Assembly: GCA_021613535.1 (NCBI GenBank)
Contig: CP075492.1
Coordinates: forward strand, 5,766,001 to 5,830,000
DNA length: 64,000 nt
DNA from: Adineta vaga
Taxonomy: Eukaryota > Animalia > Rotifera
Direction: 5' to 3'
This document shows, piece by piece, positions 1 to 13,641 of this stretch. Under the pieces are notes generated by a model. It made no database searches. It was not told where the DNA came from and was given only the letters and a program-made list of their open reading frames with translations. Each line of letters starts with the position of its first letter. The stretch's first letter is position 1. The translations under genes and the position numbers were made by a program.

Positions 1-1507
1 ATTCTCTATTAACAACAAAAAAACAAACAACATTTGTCCTTGATCCATTGATATTATATTAATTATTTGCATATGTTCTCTTTTCAAAGTGAAAAAGAAC
101 ATAAGAATTGTTATGAAAGAAATATTTCATATAGTGTTTAATGCTTTAGGATTAAGAGTATTTTCTCATTGTTGAATTGAGAAAAAAAATGAAAAAGAAA
201 TTGATTCGACTATTCTTGTCACGATGCCTCTCTACCCGAGATTTGACAAACAAATCACATGTCAATTTAGTGTGGAGACGATCATAATCTGTTTCGAGAC
301 GGTACTAAACATTGAATTGAGTGCAAATCTAACAGTCCGATTAAATCAGCTTATATTACGATTGCTAAATATCGAAGAAATTAATCTATTATTTACAAGA
401 CTGATTTCAAAGTTATTAGACATCAGTATGTTTTCCTGACGATTGAAGAGAACAACTTGCTTTTTTTGCATTACAGATTTGACAGTATGATGGATCTATT
501 CTATACGATGCTCTGTGTCATTTTAAATTAGTTTTCTCATGTATAAAAACAAAAGTTTTCTTAGTTGAAGATTACTTTGATAAAAATCAAAGTCCTATTA
601 TTAAGATTACATTCATCTAAACTTAATCTTCAAAGAAGATAACCTGTAGATTTATCTTTTTTTCATAAAAGAATCATCGAAGCAAGGTATTATATCCAAG
701 ATTTAAAATATGTTGAAAACTATCTCTATATTTAATATTATAGATGATGATTCTTATATTGTTGTTACTATTACAATATTCAGATAAAAAATTATCAAGA
801 CTTTTGAACAATTTTATGCATGAAATCATAGACAACTTGAGATTGTTGTAAAGAATGAATAATGTAATCAGAACCCATGCTGAAAATATTTGACATCTAA
901 AATATTGTAAACATCTCGTAATGTATTTCTCAAGGACTATCTTTGTGTTAACTCTATGAATTATTTATTTATTCCAAATATGTTTAACATTACATCTGTT
1001 GAAGTGCGAAAACTACTTATAGATTATATACTCCAGTTCTTAATTATCTTCACATTGTGTGTTTCCTTCGTTGATATAAAGAATTTTGAGTAAATTCAGA
1101 TAAATATTCATATATTACAAGAAGAAAAGAAAAAGTCAAAGAAAGAATAGATTATATCATTGATTGTTTGTCTATTCACCTGATATGAATTGTTCTGAAT
1201 ACAAATTTATGTCTATTTCAGAACAGATTTTCTTGAAGGATAGTTAATATCTCCAATGAAAAAAATAATCTGACAACTTGAAATGTCAACAACAGTATTT
1301 TAATCTTATTGAACTGATGTACGTCGGTGAAAAAAAATGAATATTACTAGGTTCGAAGATCATCGGAAGTGAATAATCAAAGCAGTTTTGATCAGAATAA
1401 ACTATTTAAGAAGACTTGTTATTGATAATTCATATGATAGATTTATTAGTTGATTATAGAAAATAAACAGTATCATTCAGTACTTTTTTGTTTCTATTTC
1501 CATGATG

Positions 1508-1978
1508 TTAGTTAATACCATGATTAGCCAATTCATTTGACATTTGTAATGCAGCACACAATGGACAACAGCTCGTTGCAAGAAAATCATTGCATGAATC
1601 GCCCTATTCCATACTTTTAATGACGTTAATCATCTAATTTTATAACATAACTTACTCGAATTCGTAGAATAGATCGAACCTTCATACGATATGTAGTCAA
1701 AATATTTGGAACACAACAACATGACGTTTTTGATTCATCAATTTTTTCTGCTAATGAACCCAGAAAACAACAGAAACACCAATATGCATAACAACCTAAT
1801 AATATTAATATACAAAATATATTCCGAAATCGACGAATTACATCTTTCATTTACATTGAGACATATTATCAAAACAACTAAACAAATCTGCGGACCATTC
1901 ATTATTTAATTGTTGAAATGGATTACTAGCTATAGGTTGATTTGTAACATACTCAGTTCGTTGATTTGTATAAGACAT
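1508..1978 (-). CDS. PLAC8/cornifelin-family Cys-rich protein (exons 1978-1855, 1795-1656, 1603-1508)
   Basis: Spliced translation MSYTNQ...EWSADLFSCFDNMSQCCYAYWCFCCFLGSLAEKIDESKTSCCCVPNILTTYRMKVRSILRIRGDSCNDFLATSCCPLCAALQMSNEL; shows the PLAC8 motifs W..LF.CF.D, R...R...I.G..C.D and CC..C...Q...E; canonical GT-AG introns. Confidence 0.9.
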
Positions 1979-2783
1979 CGTTTGTCGGTTAAATAAGATC
2001 TAAAAAAACTACATAATCAAGCGCCAATCGAACGTGTATATTATGATTAGAGGATTTATATGTATCGAAAATTTCAAACTGAATAAAGGTATATTTGATT
2101 GTAGACAAGGTATTCAACAGAAGAAAGTCGATAAATAAATATGAATATGCAAGTAACGTGAAATTAAACCTTGTGATATGCTGTGAATAATCATCTATCG
2201 TTTATTAGTTTTGTCAAGTATTTCACTCTTCATAGAGCTGAATAGCAATTCAATAGATCCTATTCAAATAGTCTATTTTTTTTTATTTCTATAGTCATTT
2301 AAATGGAAATAAATCGTAGCCGATAGTGAACAAGTATATAAATCAAAATGTGATGGTTGACTAGCAGCGAATTTTATATTATTTATATTAATTAAATTTG
2401 AAGAGAACAAGTAGTCGTGTTTCGTGTACTTTGTAACACATAAACTCTTTCTCTCTCTCTCTTGAGATATTGTATTAGATAAATTATATTTCAATGGCAA
2501 ATACTGTCCATTATTTCGGTGAAAATTTAAAACGCACCATTTTGAAGCCATTTCATGACATTTCAGGCAAATTCCAATGTATTTGTTTGAAGAAAAATAG
2601 AAACACTTGTGATGCTTAGATGTATATATGATTGTGCAATCTTTACGATTTGTTCGTTCTCGCACTTTCATCATCGTGAGATTTCAGAGTAAAGAAAGAA
2701 AAAAAGAGTCTTCTTTTCTTTGTATTTGTTTGCTTCTCAGATCTGTTGATTTTAACATTTTGAAAGACAAAAGTACTGGCAAC

Positions 2784-4046
2784 ATGGCGGTAGCAAAATC
2801 ATTTCGATCCATCATCGTCGTCTGGCTTGATTCGGAAGTTAATAAAACAGAAGAAAATCTTAGTACACAACAGAGATTATTTGATAAATTTGGTAATGTA
2901 GAAGTTTTCGAAGATGCCGATAGTTGCCAAAAATTTATCGAATCAAAACGTGATTTACAAATTTTCCTTATTGTCAGTGGTCGATTATGTCGAAAGATTG
3001 TACCTGCTATTGATCGATTGGAACACGTTGCAGGCATTTATATCTATTGTATGAATAAAAGTAATCACGAAGAATGGGCACGTGGATTTGATAAAGTTAG
3101 TTGATTTTGATTTTAAGAATTTAGTCTTTTTTTATTCTTCTATAGATTAATGAAATAATTGTTGAAATCGATCGATTGTTTACTCGAATTCAAACTGATG
3201 TAGCTAAATTAGAAACAAAACATGAATCAACAACTTATTCGACTGCAGGTATAGTCATCAAATAAATTTGTATACGATAGATGTCGTTTCTAACTTTATA
3301 TTTCATGTTTTGATAATATTGTTTTAGGTTCAAAATCTACACTGGTTACCGAAACGAGTAATCCATATCCTCAAGCTTCTGATTCAGTTGGTAAGCAATC
3401 GTCTATACTTGATGGATATGAAAAATTACCGTTAGTATCACTTGAAGAAGCTGTTCAACCTTTTAAAGATATTGTTACTGAAGTTGATCAAATGGTGTGG
3501 ACAGCAAAACAAAATTGTCAAAAACCTGAAGAAGGCTTAACATGTGATGAATCTGCATCGATTTCTGTATATACAATGGAATGGTATCCAAAAGAAAGTT
3601 CTCTTTCTTATATTTTAAATGAAATCCTACGTTCCGAAAACAAACAACAAATTAAACCGTGGTTTTTATATTTAAGATTGATTTTTCATGCACTTTCAAA
3701 ATTAAAAACTGTCAATCGAATTGTCTATCAAGGATTTCTTGGTGATGTCAAAAAGAATTATTCGACTGGAAAAACTTTTACAACTTGGGAGTTTTCCAAT
3801 TGTACATCATCGATCAAATCATTAGAAGATGATGAAGATTTTGGTAAAACAGGTGAACGAACACTTTTAACAATCGAGTGTCAATCAGGTAAAGATATAA
3901 CTCGACATGCATTCGATCCATCCAAAGAACAAGTTCTTTTTTCACCTGGCTGTCAATTTAAAGTTATTTCATGTCTTCAAACAGGTGATGAACTCAATAT
4001 TGTTCAAGTTGAAGAAATAAAATCACCATATTCTTTCGTTTTATAA
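2784..4046 (+). CDS. Receiver-like domain + NAD:arginine ADP-ribosyltransferase-like domain protein, catalytically degenerate (exons 2784-3095, 3146-3248, 3328-4046)
   Basis: N-terminal VVWLD...FLIVSG...IYIYC...W motif; GYEKLPLVSLEEAVQP; ASISVYTMEW...LSYILNEILRS...PWFLYLRLIFHALSKL typical of the ART family; catalytic motifs altered (VYQG, FSNCT, KEQVL). Confidence 0.8.
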
Positions 4047-4530
4047 ACACATATATGATAGTTGTTTTTCTTAAAAGTGAATAAAATATAAGAAAGACAA
4101 TTGTATATTCTTTAGTCTCCAACATATATAAATACATCGCAAACATAGTGCTCTATCATTGTTAGAGAACTCAGTTTGTTTGTTTAGATATTCTGTGTAT
4201 GTTGTTGCGTAAATTAAAATTTAGAGGAATTTTAATTAGCCCTGGATTTCAATTTTCCCTGAAACATATATTTAGAAGTTCAAAATACGTCGTTGCTTGT
4301 TTTTCCATTTCATATGTTAAATGCAGAACTAATATTCCATTACATATCTTCAAGAAAAATAACGATATTCAGTTTGAAGATAAGTTCATTTATATCATGA
4401 ACAGCAGAATGTTTTTTTGACAGTTTGTCCTTAAGTTTAACCTTATTTTATTAAAAAAATCTCCTTGTATACAACGAATATTGTTTTAGCTGATATTTAA
4501 TATTTTCTCATGAAAATATAGTTCCGATTA

Positions 4531-5575
4531 TTAATCTTCACCTACTGCAATTTGATTAATTCCACCATGTTGTTCTGTTCCTTTTCTAGAACAAAGAGTC
4601 GATAAAACATAAATAAATTGCTGGCGAAATCGTTTGGATACGCATATATAAATATAAAATGGACTCTATCAAATCAAAATGATATGTTCAATTGTATCTT
4701 GAAAACAAAACTTTTCATATTCTTACCGCAAAATTCAAATAGTAAATCATTCCCGTAATATAATTCATGAAATTAAGTTGTGCATTTGTAAGAGATAAAG
4801 AATTCAAATTGGCTGTATAAAGTACGAATAAAACACTTACATATGGTACAACAACGATCGTTTTATAAACAACTTGTACGAGTACCATACTTGTCAATTG
4901 TTTATCTAATTCTCGTCGAACAAGTGGAACTGTTCGATAAGGAATTTGTCGAACATTCCAATAAGCTAATGATCCAAATATAATATCGATAAAAACGTGT
5001 AATAATCCAGTTAGAATAAGTAAATAGACAAAACTATAATATGTTTGATAATCTGGATTTGTTATTGTACACATGAGTGCTTTTGTTCGTGAAGAATAAC
5101 TTATATTAAATGAAATAACACTTGGAATACCATGAAGAAGCCAAATGATGAAAAATATTGTACATATCATAATAGATTTTCTTACGTTAAAAAATTGTTG
5201 ACAACGAACACGAAATGATGTAGCCAAACATTGATCAATTGTTGCTAAACATAAACATGTATAGGATGATAATGCACAAAATTGTAAACAATAAATTCGA
5301 AATTTGCAATAGAATTCCGATTTTTCAGTCCAATCAACTTCAAATCCTGTTATCATTATACGTGATAATAAACCTGTGACTAATTGACCAATATTAACAA
5401 ATGACATAAAAGTTAAAAAGATTGCACAAGAACTTCGTCGAAATGTTTGAAGACTTAAAAAAACAATAATATTGAAAATTCCACCAGTAATTCCTAAACT
5501 AAATATTGGAATTCCAGCATAGATAGCGATATATTTTGAAATAATTGTATAACTTGAATTAGCTGTTGTCGACAT
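4531..5575 (-). CDS. Rhodopsin-like (class A) orphan GPCR (exons 5575-4727, 4665-4531)
   Basis: Seven hydrophobic segments, FCKFR, LCLATIDQ (DRY-equivalent); exon 2 gives SPFYIYICVSKRFRQQ (TM7/helix 8). Confidence 0.88.
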
Positions 5576-7089
5576 CGTGCATGTAAAACTTCGTTATGAT
5601 TGTTATCTACTAGAAAGTAAGAGAGAAATTAATAATGTCATAAGAAATGAGTAGGCTACTTATGTCAGTACCAGACGAGAAAAAAAGTGAAAAAAAAAGT
5701 TTTTCTCTCTAAATTCCTCTTTTGATCTTAAACATTACGAAGAAGAAGAAGAAGAAGTCGTGTTCGAGATCATAACATAAGACACAAAATGTTAATTAAT
5801 TTGATCAAAATCACGAGATGTTTAATAACAACATTCGTTTTTTTTTTATTTTGAATTTATCATTGAAATGTTTTATAATTTTGAATGTAATACAAGATTA
5901 TGTCTAAGAAGATGAATCAATTGTATCATCTACTTTTAATTACAAACATAAAATGACGATATAGACAAACGTATTATTATCAAAGAGGTCACTGAAAACT
6001 AAATTAATGAGAGGAAAGTTTATTGCGCAGTAATTTGAATCTTTATATTTCTTTTTATACCTTGATCTTCGAAATTTCTCAGATGTTCCATCGGATAAAT
6101 GTAACATTCAATTTGATAATGTCATTTGAACATTTGTTTGATTATGACATACTTTATTCTTTTATAATTCTTGCTCTCATACGATCAATTGTCTTTAGAC
6201 TAGACATCCATAATAGAGACCAGAAGGCTTCATAAATATTTTACATTGAATTCAACTCAATAGCATATTTTTTAATTACGAACTTCAAAAGATTAAAAAT
6301 GATAAAAATAACTTTTGTTGTTACTTTCTTATGCATTTCTAGTGCTTATAAATCACCTTTATTACTAATTCCAGTTGACACATAGAATATCAGACGATGA
6401 AATAGTTTGAGTGCACAGATATTTCAACTAATTGTAATTTACCTGCAAGACATGTGTAATTTTTAATAATTATATATGGCATAAAATTAAGAATATTAAA
6501 AATTAGCTGAACGAGAACTATACGGGTGAATTACTTATCGTATTTCATGCAGCGTACAGGAAAAAGTCAAATTAGAATAGGAGTTTTCAAATAGATTATA
6601 ATGTGTTGAGAAAAATGAAGAAGTTTAAAAGTCGATGGTAGATCCTATAGAAAGAAATTAGTGCCTTGAAATAGTTCTTTCATCGAATAAATGACATCAT
6701 CGTATTTTTGAGCTTATAAGTATTTATTACTAAAAATAAAATGAAAATTACGTCAATAGAAATAATGATAATTGACATTCTATTGTGAATTTTACTCTTC
6801 TATTTGATAGTTATTTTATGTAATTAAAATATCATCCGACAAGTTTTTATTTAAATCCAATCAGTCACGCCTTATAGATTCCTAGAGTGGATTAACATTT
6901 TAAAATATAGCCATTTTTTTGTTTGTAGAACAATATATTTTCACAAGTGTTCGAATTGCATCTACAGATGGAAATAGAGACAGATGTTTTCTTTTATTTT
7001 TAATCAATTTAATCGGAAAAAGAGATGATACATAAAACTAAATAAATCATATGAAAACTAAACTATTATGAATGTTTTCTTTTCTTGAT

Positions 7090-7416
7090 TTATGCGAACG
7101 GATTATTACGATGGTTTTTTATTATTGTTGTTCGTTGTTTTGGATGAGTTTTCTTAAATGGTGATCGATGAGGTGTTTTGGTTTTCGTACATGTTGCAGT
7201 GATTGATCCAGGTGTTCCCATACATTGACTAGGATGACGAAGTTTACATGCATTTTTGCAGCTTGTTGCAGAACATGTTGGCATAGAGATAGCACCTAAG
7301 TATCGTTTTATACATCGATTACCTTTACAACATGAACATGAACATTGACTTTTGCCATTGATCAGTGCAAATAAAACACAGAGGATTAAAAGAGAAAGTA
7401 AGAGACGACGAACCAT
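7090..7416 (-). CDS. Small secreted Cys-rich protein with cationic C-terminal tail
   Basis: Signal peptide MVRRLLLSLLILCVLFALING; CSCSCC..C..C..C..C..C..C pattern; K/R/H-rich tail. Confidence 0.75.
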   Translation of the reverse strand: MVRRLLLSLLILCVLFALINGKSQCSCSCCKGNRCIKRYLGAISMPTCSATSCKNACKLRHPSQCMGTPGSITATCTKTKTPHRSPFKKTHPKQRTTIIKNHRNNPFA

Positions 7417-8292
7417 ATTTACGTGAAAATGAATTGATGTAAGAAGAAAAAATTTATCTTTAACCTTTGCAAAGATATTGATAGTTGATTAAGTACAAAC
7501 AAAAAAGAGCAGCGGGTATTTTTTCTCTTTATGATAAATATCATGTTACAATAAAACTCAACCTTGATAGATTATGTATGCACAACACAAATAGTTGTCT
7601 TCTCATAAACATATCTTACTACCAAAAGATTTTCTATTGTGATTTCATTAAAAACGAGATAAAGGTAGAACAGTAGTAGATTTCTGTATTATTTGAAGAT
7701 ATCCATATTCAACAATACATTTAACATAGAATAATATTCTCCCTTTTTACAAACGTCATTATAACGAGTAAAGAAAAACGAATTGAAGTTATTAAAATCT
7801 TTTTTATGAACAGTAATGCGAACATTTTTGTATCTGTCAACTATTTTAACAGTTTCGTTCACGCATATAGATTCGTTGTTGTACACCATCGAAGAAATTA
7901 CAATGTTGTGATATTTTGTTTACTTATATGCTCGTTGATTGTAGATTCATATGTAAACAAGAAACACTTATTCAAAAATACAATTTGAATATTAAAATAT
8001 AACTGTAGAATAAATGATAAGATCTCATAATCTATCTAAAATTACTCTATGAAGTCGTTGGCGACCACTTTCAATGCTTTCTTTGGAAATTCTATAAAGT
8101 ATTGCGGATGCATTGTTTTTCTTCTATATGTATGTAACAAACTGCATGTTTTACGATGCTCGTTTTCTTCTTTCCAGCTTTCCCCGAATTTTGAATAAGT
8201 CATTTTTATTTTCGCATCTACTACTTTATTATGTCAATATTGCATCCCACTACAGAATACAAAGCGGAGAAAAACATACTTATGTGACAATG

Positions 8293-8304
8293 TATATATA
8301 AAAG
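8293..8304 (+). promoter_or_regulatory. Probable TATA box of the ART-TPR gene
   Basis: TATATATAAAAG about 100 nt upstream of ATG 8406. Confidence 0.35.
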
Positions 8305-8405
8305 CAAACATATTCAACAGAATTTTTCAAAATATAAGAAAAAGAGACATACAAAAGCTTACTATTCCAGTATTCATCTTTGTATAACAGTTTAATTGTT
8401 CAGAG

Positions 8406-10364
8406 ATGACTACTAGCAAAAATCCGACAACGAAATCGGCAAAATCAACTACGGCAGCCAGTACTATTTCTAATCATAATCTCGAGTCAGTTGCTTGTTT
8501 ATGGCTTGATCAAAATGTCAATACTACAGATGATAATCGTACAACTCTACAAGAACTTCGACAAATTATTAATCACCTTCGAACATTTGAAGATAGTAAT
8601 CAATGTGAACAATATGTTCAACAGGTTACTCAGGAAAAATTAGTTTTAATTGTTTCTGGTTCATTGGGACGAAATATCGTTCCTCGACTTCATTCTCTAC
8701 CTCAATTTTCGGCATGCTACGTATTCTGTGGTAATAAAGAAGCAAATGAACAATGGGCTAACAAATATCACAAGGTATGTACTTTACGTTTAATTGTAGA
8801 GATAACAAATCTTTGTCTGTTTTTTTAGGTAAAAGGAGTATTTGTAAAACGTTCCGAACTGGTTAATATGATTGCTCAAGATCAAGCAACTCGCAATAAA
8901 GTTGAAGATGGTGCATCGATATCCGTAATCAGTCATGGATCGAAATCCCTTCAAGCTCATAATGCCATATTTATGTGGTTTCAACTCTTCATCGAAGTTC
9001 TTCTTCGAATGCATCATAAATCAACTGATCGAAAAGAGCTGATTGATATTTGCAAGAAGAATTACAATGGTAATAAGAAAGAAATGGATATTATCCAAGA
9101 ATTCGAAAAAACATACAAAAGTGACAATGCAATATGGTGGTATACCAGAGAAGCATGTTTTTATCGAATAATGAACAAAGCTTTACGAGTTCAAGATTAT
9201 GATATTTTATTTCCACTTCGATTTTTTATTACAGATATTGCTAAACAATTAAAAAATGAACATGAAAACTTTATTCGTACAAGCGATACTCGAAATACCA
9301 TTCGTGTTTACCGTGGACAAGCAATTGGCATCGATGAACTTGATTTGATGAAGAAAAATATCGATGAGTACTTATCAATGAATTCTTTTTTATCAACCAG
9401 TCGTAATCGGTCAGTTGCTGTAGACTTTGTTCGTATGATTCCACTTAGTGAAGATCATCAAAGAATTTTATTTGAAATTGAAATTAATCCACGACTGAAA
9501 ACAAAGGCATTTGCTAATATCAAACAAATGAGTTATTATCAAAATGAAGATGAAGTTCTGATTATGCTTGGTGCTTTATTTCGAATTGAGAAGGTTACCG
9601 AAGATAAAAAGAATCGAATGTGGATAGCAAATGTATCATTAGCAAGCGAAGATGACTATCATTTGAAAGAAACATTTGCTTTCATGAAGGAAAAAATTGG
9701 TGATGAGACGAATTTAGATTCGTTAGGAACAATTCTATATGAAATGGGTGAATATCGTCAAGCAGAAAAGTGTTATAGACGAATGCTAGCAGAATCCCAG
9801 TGTGTAGTTTCAGATGCTCGTTGTGGAATTGGAAGGGCATTATTAAAATGTGAGGAATACGACGAGTCTTTCGAACATTTGCATCAGTCAATGACCATTC
9901 GAAAAGAAATATTGGGTGATGATCACGTGAAAGTAGGAAGATGTCACACCAATATTGGTGCCGTATATTGGATGCTTGACGATTATAAAAATGCGTTGAT
10001 TCATTTACAGGCAGCGAATACGATATACAACAAGACTTCTGAAGCAGATCATAGTGATTTGTCTGTATTGTACAATCGAATGGCTACCACATATGATGAG
10101 CTGGGTGAAAATAATTTAGCTCTCGAATATTATAACAAAACTCTTCAAGTACAACAAGCCAACTTACCAGAAGAACATCCAGATATTGCATTAACGTATA
10201 ATAACTTAGGGTGTTTTCATAGTGATACTGGAAATAATTGTAAAGCCTTGGAATACTTTAAAAAATCTCTTGTTATCAGCCGAAAAATATTGCCTCCCAC
10301 TCATGCAGAGGTTATTCGAACTGAAAACAACATTAGAAATATCGAAAAAAAAATGCAAAAATAA
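8406..10364 (+). CDS. Receiver-like + ADP-ribosyltransferase + TPR-repeat protein (exons 8406-8774, 8829-10364)
   Basis: CLWLD...LVLIVSG; F.WFQLFIEVL; AIWWYTRE..FYR.MNKALR; intact R-S-E motifs VYRGQ, FLSTS, EDEVL; C-terminal TPRs (HPDIALTYNNLG, ALEYFKKSL). Confidence 0.92.
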
Positions 10365-10857
10365 AACATATTCAGAAACAGCTAGTAAAGCGTTTATTCA
10401 TGATCGAATTTCAATAAATTTTATCAAGCAGATACTTTTCTCAACGCGGACGATTTATTATTGCACTGATTTAACAAATTTATGAAAATAATTACTATTC
10501 ACATAATGTCACGAAATCACAAACTCTTTAGCATAGAGCATAGATAATCACAATTCATTTGTCTAATTATGAAAACACTACCATTTCGTGTGTAAACAAT
10601 TAGATTCTTTTTCGAAATCGAACTAGATAGTTGCTTGATGAATCATAGCACACTGCTGCCATTATAAGTCTTTGAAAATCGAAAATAACAGTTTGCAAAT
10701 GTGATATCGCTCTAATTATGAGTATCTTTCTTTACATATATAGTGAAAAATAAGTTTATTGTATTCTTAAGAAAAGTTAGTCTTTTTCAGAAAAAATGAA
10801 AATGCGTTCAATTGAATTCCTATGAAATGCTTAACAGTGAATAATTACAAAATACGT

Positions 10858-12971
10858 TCAGATAAGTTTTGATACGGTTGTTGTTGCCTCTGTTTCTGTT
10901 GTTTCCATTGATACGGTCACTGATTCTGTTGCATCATTTGCTACGTTATTACTCCCGTCACATTATTTGGAACTGTAGATACTTCTGTTGTGTTATATGT
11001 TGATGTCATTGTTGTTTCGGTAGATCCTGTAAATATCTCTGTTGTGTTATATGTTGATGTCATTGTTGTTTCGGTAGATCCTGTAAATATCTCTGTTGTC
11101 ATCAGTACTGTTGTCGTTTTCTTGGCTGAAATGAACCGAGAAGTTATTTTATGAAAAATTTATAGATTCTTCATGTCTTACTGGTTCGAATCGATGATGG
11201 TGAAGGTTTATAAAATGTTTCTAAATGAAAACAAAAAGCGTTATTCAGTCTAATTTAAAGTTAAAAAAAATGAATGTCATTTACCAACAAATGGTTTTGG
11301 TAATTTAAATACTAAACCAATGATTATTATACTTGGTGGAGATGGTATGTCATCCCTATCAATTATTGGCATTAAAATGGCTTTTTGACATTTACGGTCA
11401 CATGCAAGTTTGAAAATAAATCTTATAATTATCACAAGTCTATATCGGCGATAAAATCTTTTTCGCAAATTTTCTTTTGACGATAAATTAAATGATTGAC
11501 TGGTGAAATCTACTGTAATGGGTACAAAGAAGCACCTATAATTTCAAAGTCAACAGATGAATTGAGTGTTTCATGTAACTACAAAATAGGTATATGAATA
11601 AAACTATCCAATAAAATATCATCATTAACTTACACTGATGGAAATATTCTTCAACGATTCTTCATCATTAATTGGACCAGGTGTAATCATTGAAACGTTC
11701 GTATTGTTTTCATTTATTTCAAACGATAAACTTCTTTGAGATTCTTGGAAAAATAAATATACATAATTAAAATCGATGAATAATATTTCTTACCTGGAGC
11801 ATAATCTTCACTAGGTAAAGCTTTCAACATTACTACCTGATACAAACTATTACCAGAGCTATACTTCAAATGCTCGATGCTAGAATTTGAAAGATCATAC
11901 ACTAAGGCATCGACATGATCTAATAAGCAATTGCCTGCACAATAGAAAGGATAATGCAGTATAATGGAAATATTCAATTGTTGAGTATCGCCTGGTGGAG
12001 ACGAGCTGCTCGTAGTAATTATAAATGGAATATGTTGATTGTTTAAGGTAAAAAGAAGTGTATGTGCGATCTAATGTATCAGATAAATGAAGATTTGTAT
12101 CGTGTGAAATTCAATACTTACCAATTGTCTCATAGATTCGCTAGAATCATGTGAAGATACCTGCCGGCGACGTCGACTCGTCGTCACATTCTCCATATCG
12201 TAAGTAAAATCAATCGGTACTAACAAATTATCATAGAAATTAGGTGCTCCAAAATAAATTTTTCTCATACTTTCTCGAGATTTTGGAACAGCTTTGACTT
12301 CTAATATTTCAAAGTGATTTATGTTCTTACGAATGCTAAGCGAAATTGTTTCATTCAATTCGGTTATTGATAGATTATACATATTGTATGTTGTACTATT
12401 ATCAACAAATGTTCTATCCAGTATTGCATATTGACATATTTCATTGCAAAACAGAGAAAATTTATAATATCCTCCTATGTATAGTATTGTCGTGGCAGTA
12501 TCTCTAAATGAAATATACGATTGTATATATAAAAGGTGGAAATTATATTTACAGAAAAGCTTCTTCAACATCTATGGTAACACTTTGAGGTAGATAAGTC
12601 TTTTTTGTCATAAGATGTCGAATCTAAATACGAATCTATTTATGATACTAATAAAATCATTGAAATACTAACAAAATTATTTAATTCATGAAAACTGACT
12701 ACATCAATTGCTTCCAAATCCGAAGATATACTCCGTTTTGTTATTCCGGAACTAACAAGTTCCAATTGAAATGGCCGCACTCTACTTAAAAAACCAAAAT
12801 ATCATCAGGATATTTTACATCTACTCGAAAACAAAACTTATCTTTTGTTGAAACAACCAAATTATTTAATGATGAATACAATGGTATAAGGGATAATATC
12901 ACCACCGAACCAATCAATAAACCGGATAGAGCAAAAGAAAGTGTACTGATAAATACGTAATTCCAATTCAT
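10858..12971 (-). pseudogene. Multi-exon single-pass membrane or secreted protein of unknown function with Thr-rich mucin-like tail; apparent frameshifts near 12790 and 10955
   Basis: N-terminal hydrophobic segment (LSFALSGLLIGSVVILSLIPLY), furin-like RRRR site, several ORF fragments with GT-AG boundaries; continuity needs one extra base in a T-run near 12790. Confidence 0.45.
10984..11099. repeat. 54-bp tandem duplication (about 2.1 copies) encoding TTEIFTGSTETTMTSTYN on the minus strand
   Basis: tctgttgtgttatatgttgatgtcattgttgtttcggtagatcctgtaaatatc starts at 10984 and again at 11038. Confidence 0.9.
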
Positions 12972-13641
12972 CTTGACAACGAATTTAACTGAAGATAGCT
13001 GTCTCCGATATGCACTGATTTATATACAATTTGACAAAACAATATAGAAAGTGTGAAGTCATGATTGATAAGAAAATTATTCATTTCCAAAATTGTTTAT
13101 TTCTTTTCGACAGAATAAAATACATCATTTAAAAGTCATAGTTCCTGACAATGATTCTTTTATCACCCGATCGATGAATATCTTTCTATTATCATTTCAA
13201 ATCAGTGATATATTTTCGCACATAATTACCATTTTTTCATCGATAAACGAATTCTTTTAAGTGATTTCACCCAAGCAGAGACATACAAACATAAATTTTA
13301 TCATGGTATATAATTATTTTAATTGTCTTTGCAATTCTCCATTGCTAGTTCCAAATCATGTTGTTAAAAAAATGAAAACTTACCTTTCACATATTTATAA
13401 ACTTTAAACAGATGCTCAAAAGAAATATCAAAAAACATTATTTTTCTTCGCGTTTCTTTTTTTGACGAGTTTCTCACATGCACACTCGAGATAGAACAGT
13501 AATGTTATTCTAAAACTTATTCAATAAAAGATAAAGTAAATATGTCCATAGGTAAGTATTCTCGAAGATTGAAATCGAATGTATCAATGTACTTAGACTT
13601 ATAATGTGATTTCAAAGACATTTAATTTTAGATAATTAAGA

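Noticed and set aside
224-1450. Short Leu-rich ORF fragments, possibly a decayed F-box/LRR-like gene
   Set aside because: Could not assemble a frame or a recognisable motif
10984-11099. Direct repeats that could be taken for a CRISPR array or LTR
   Set aside because: Head-to-tail coding duplication with no spacers, in a eukaryotic context
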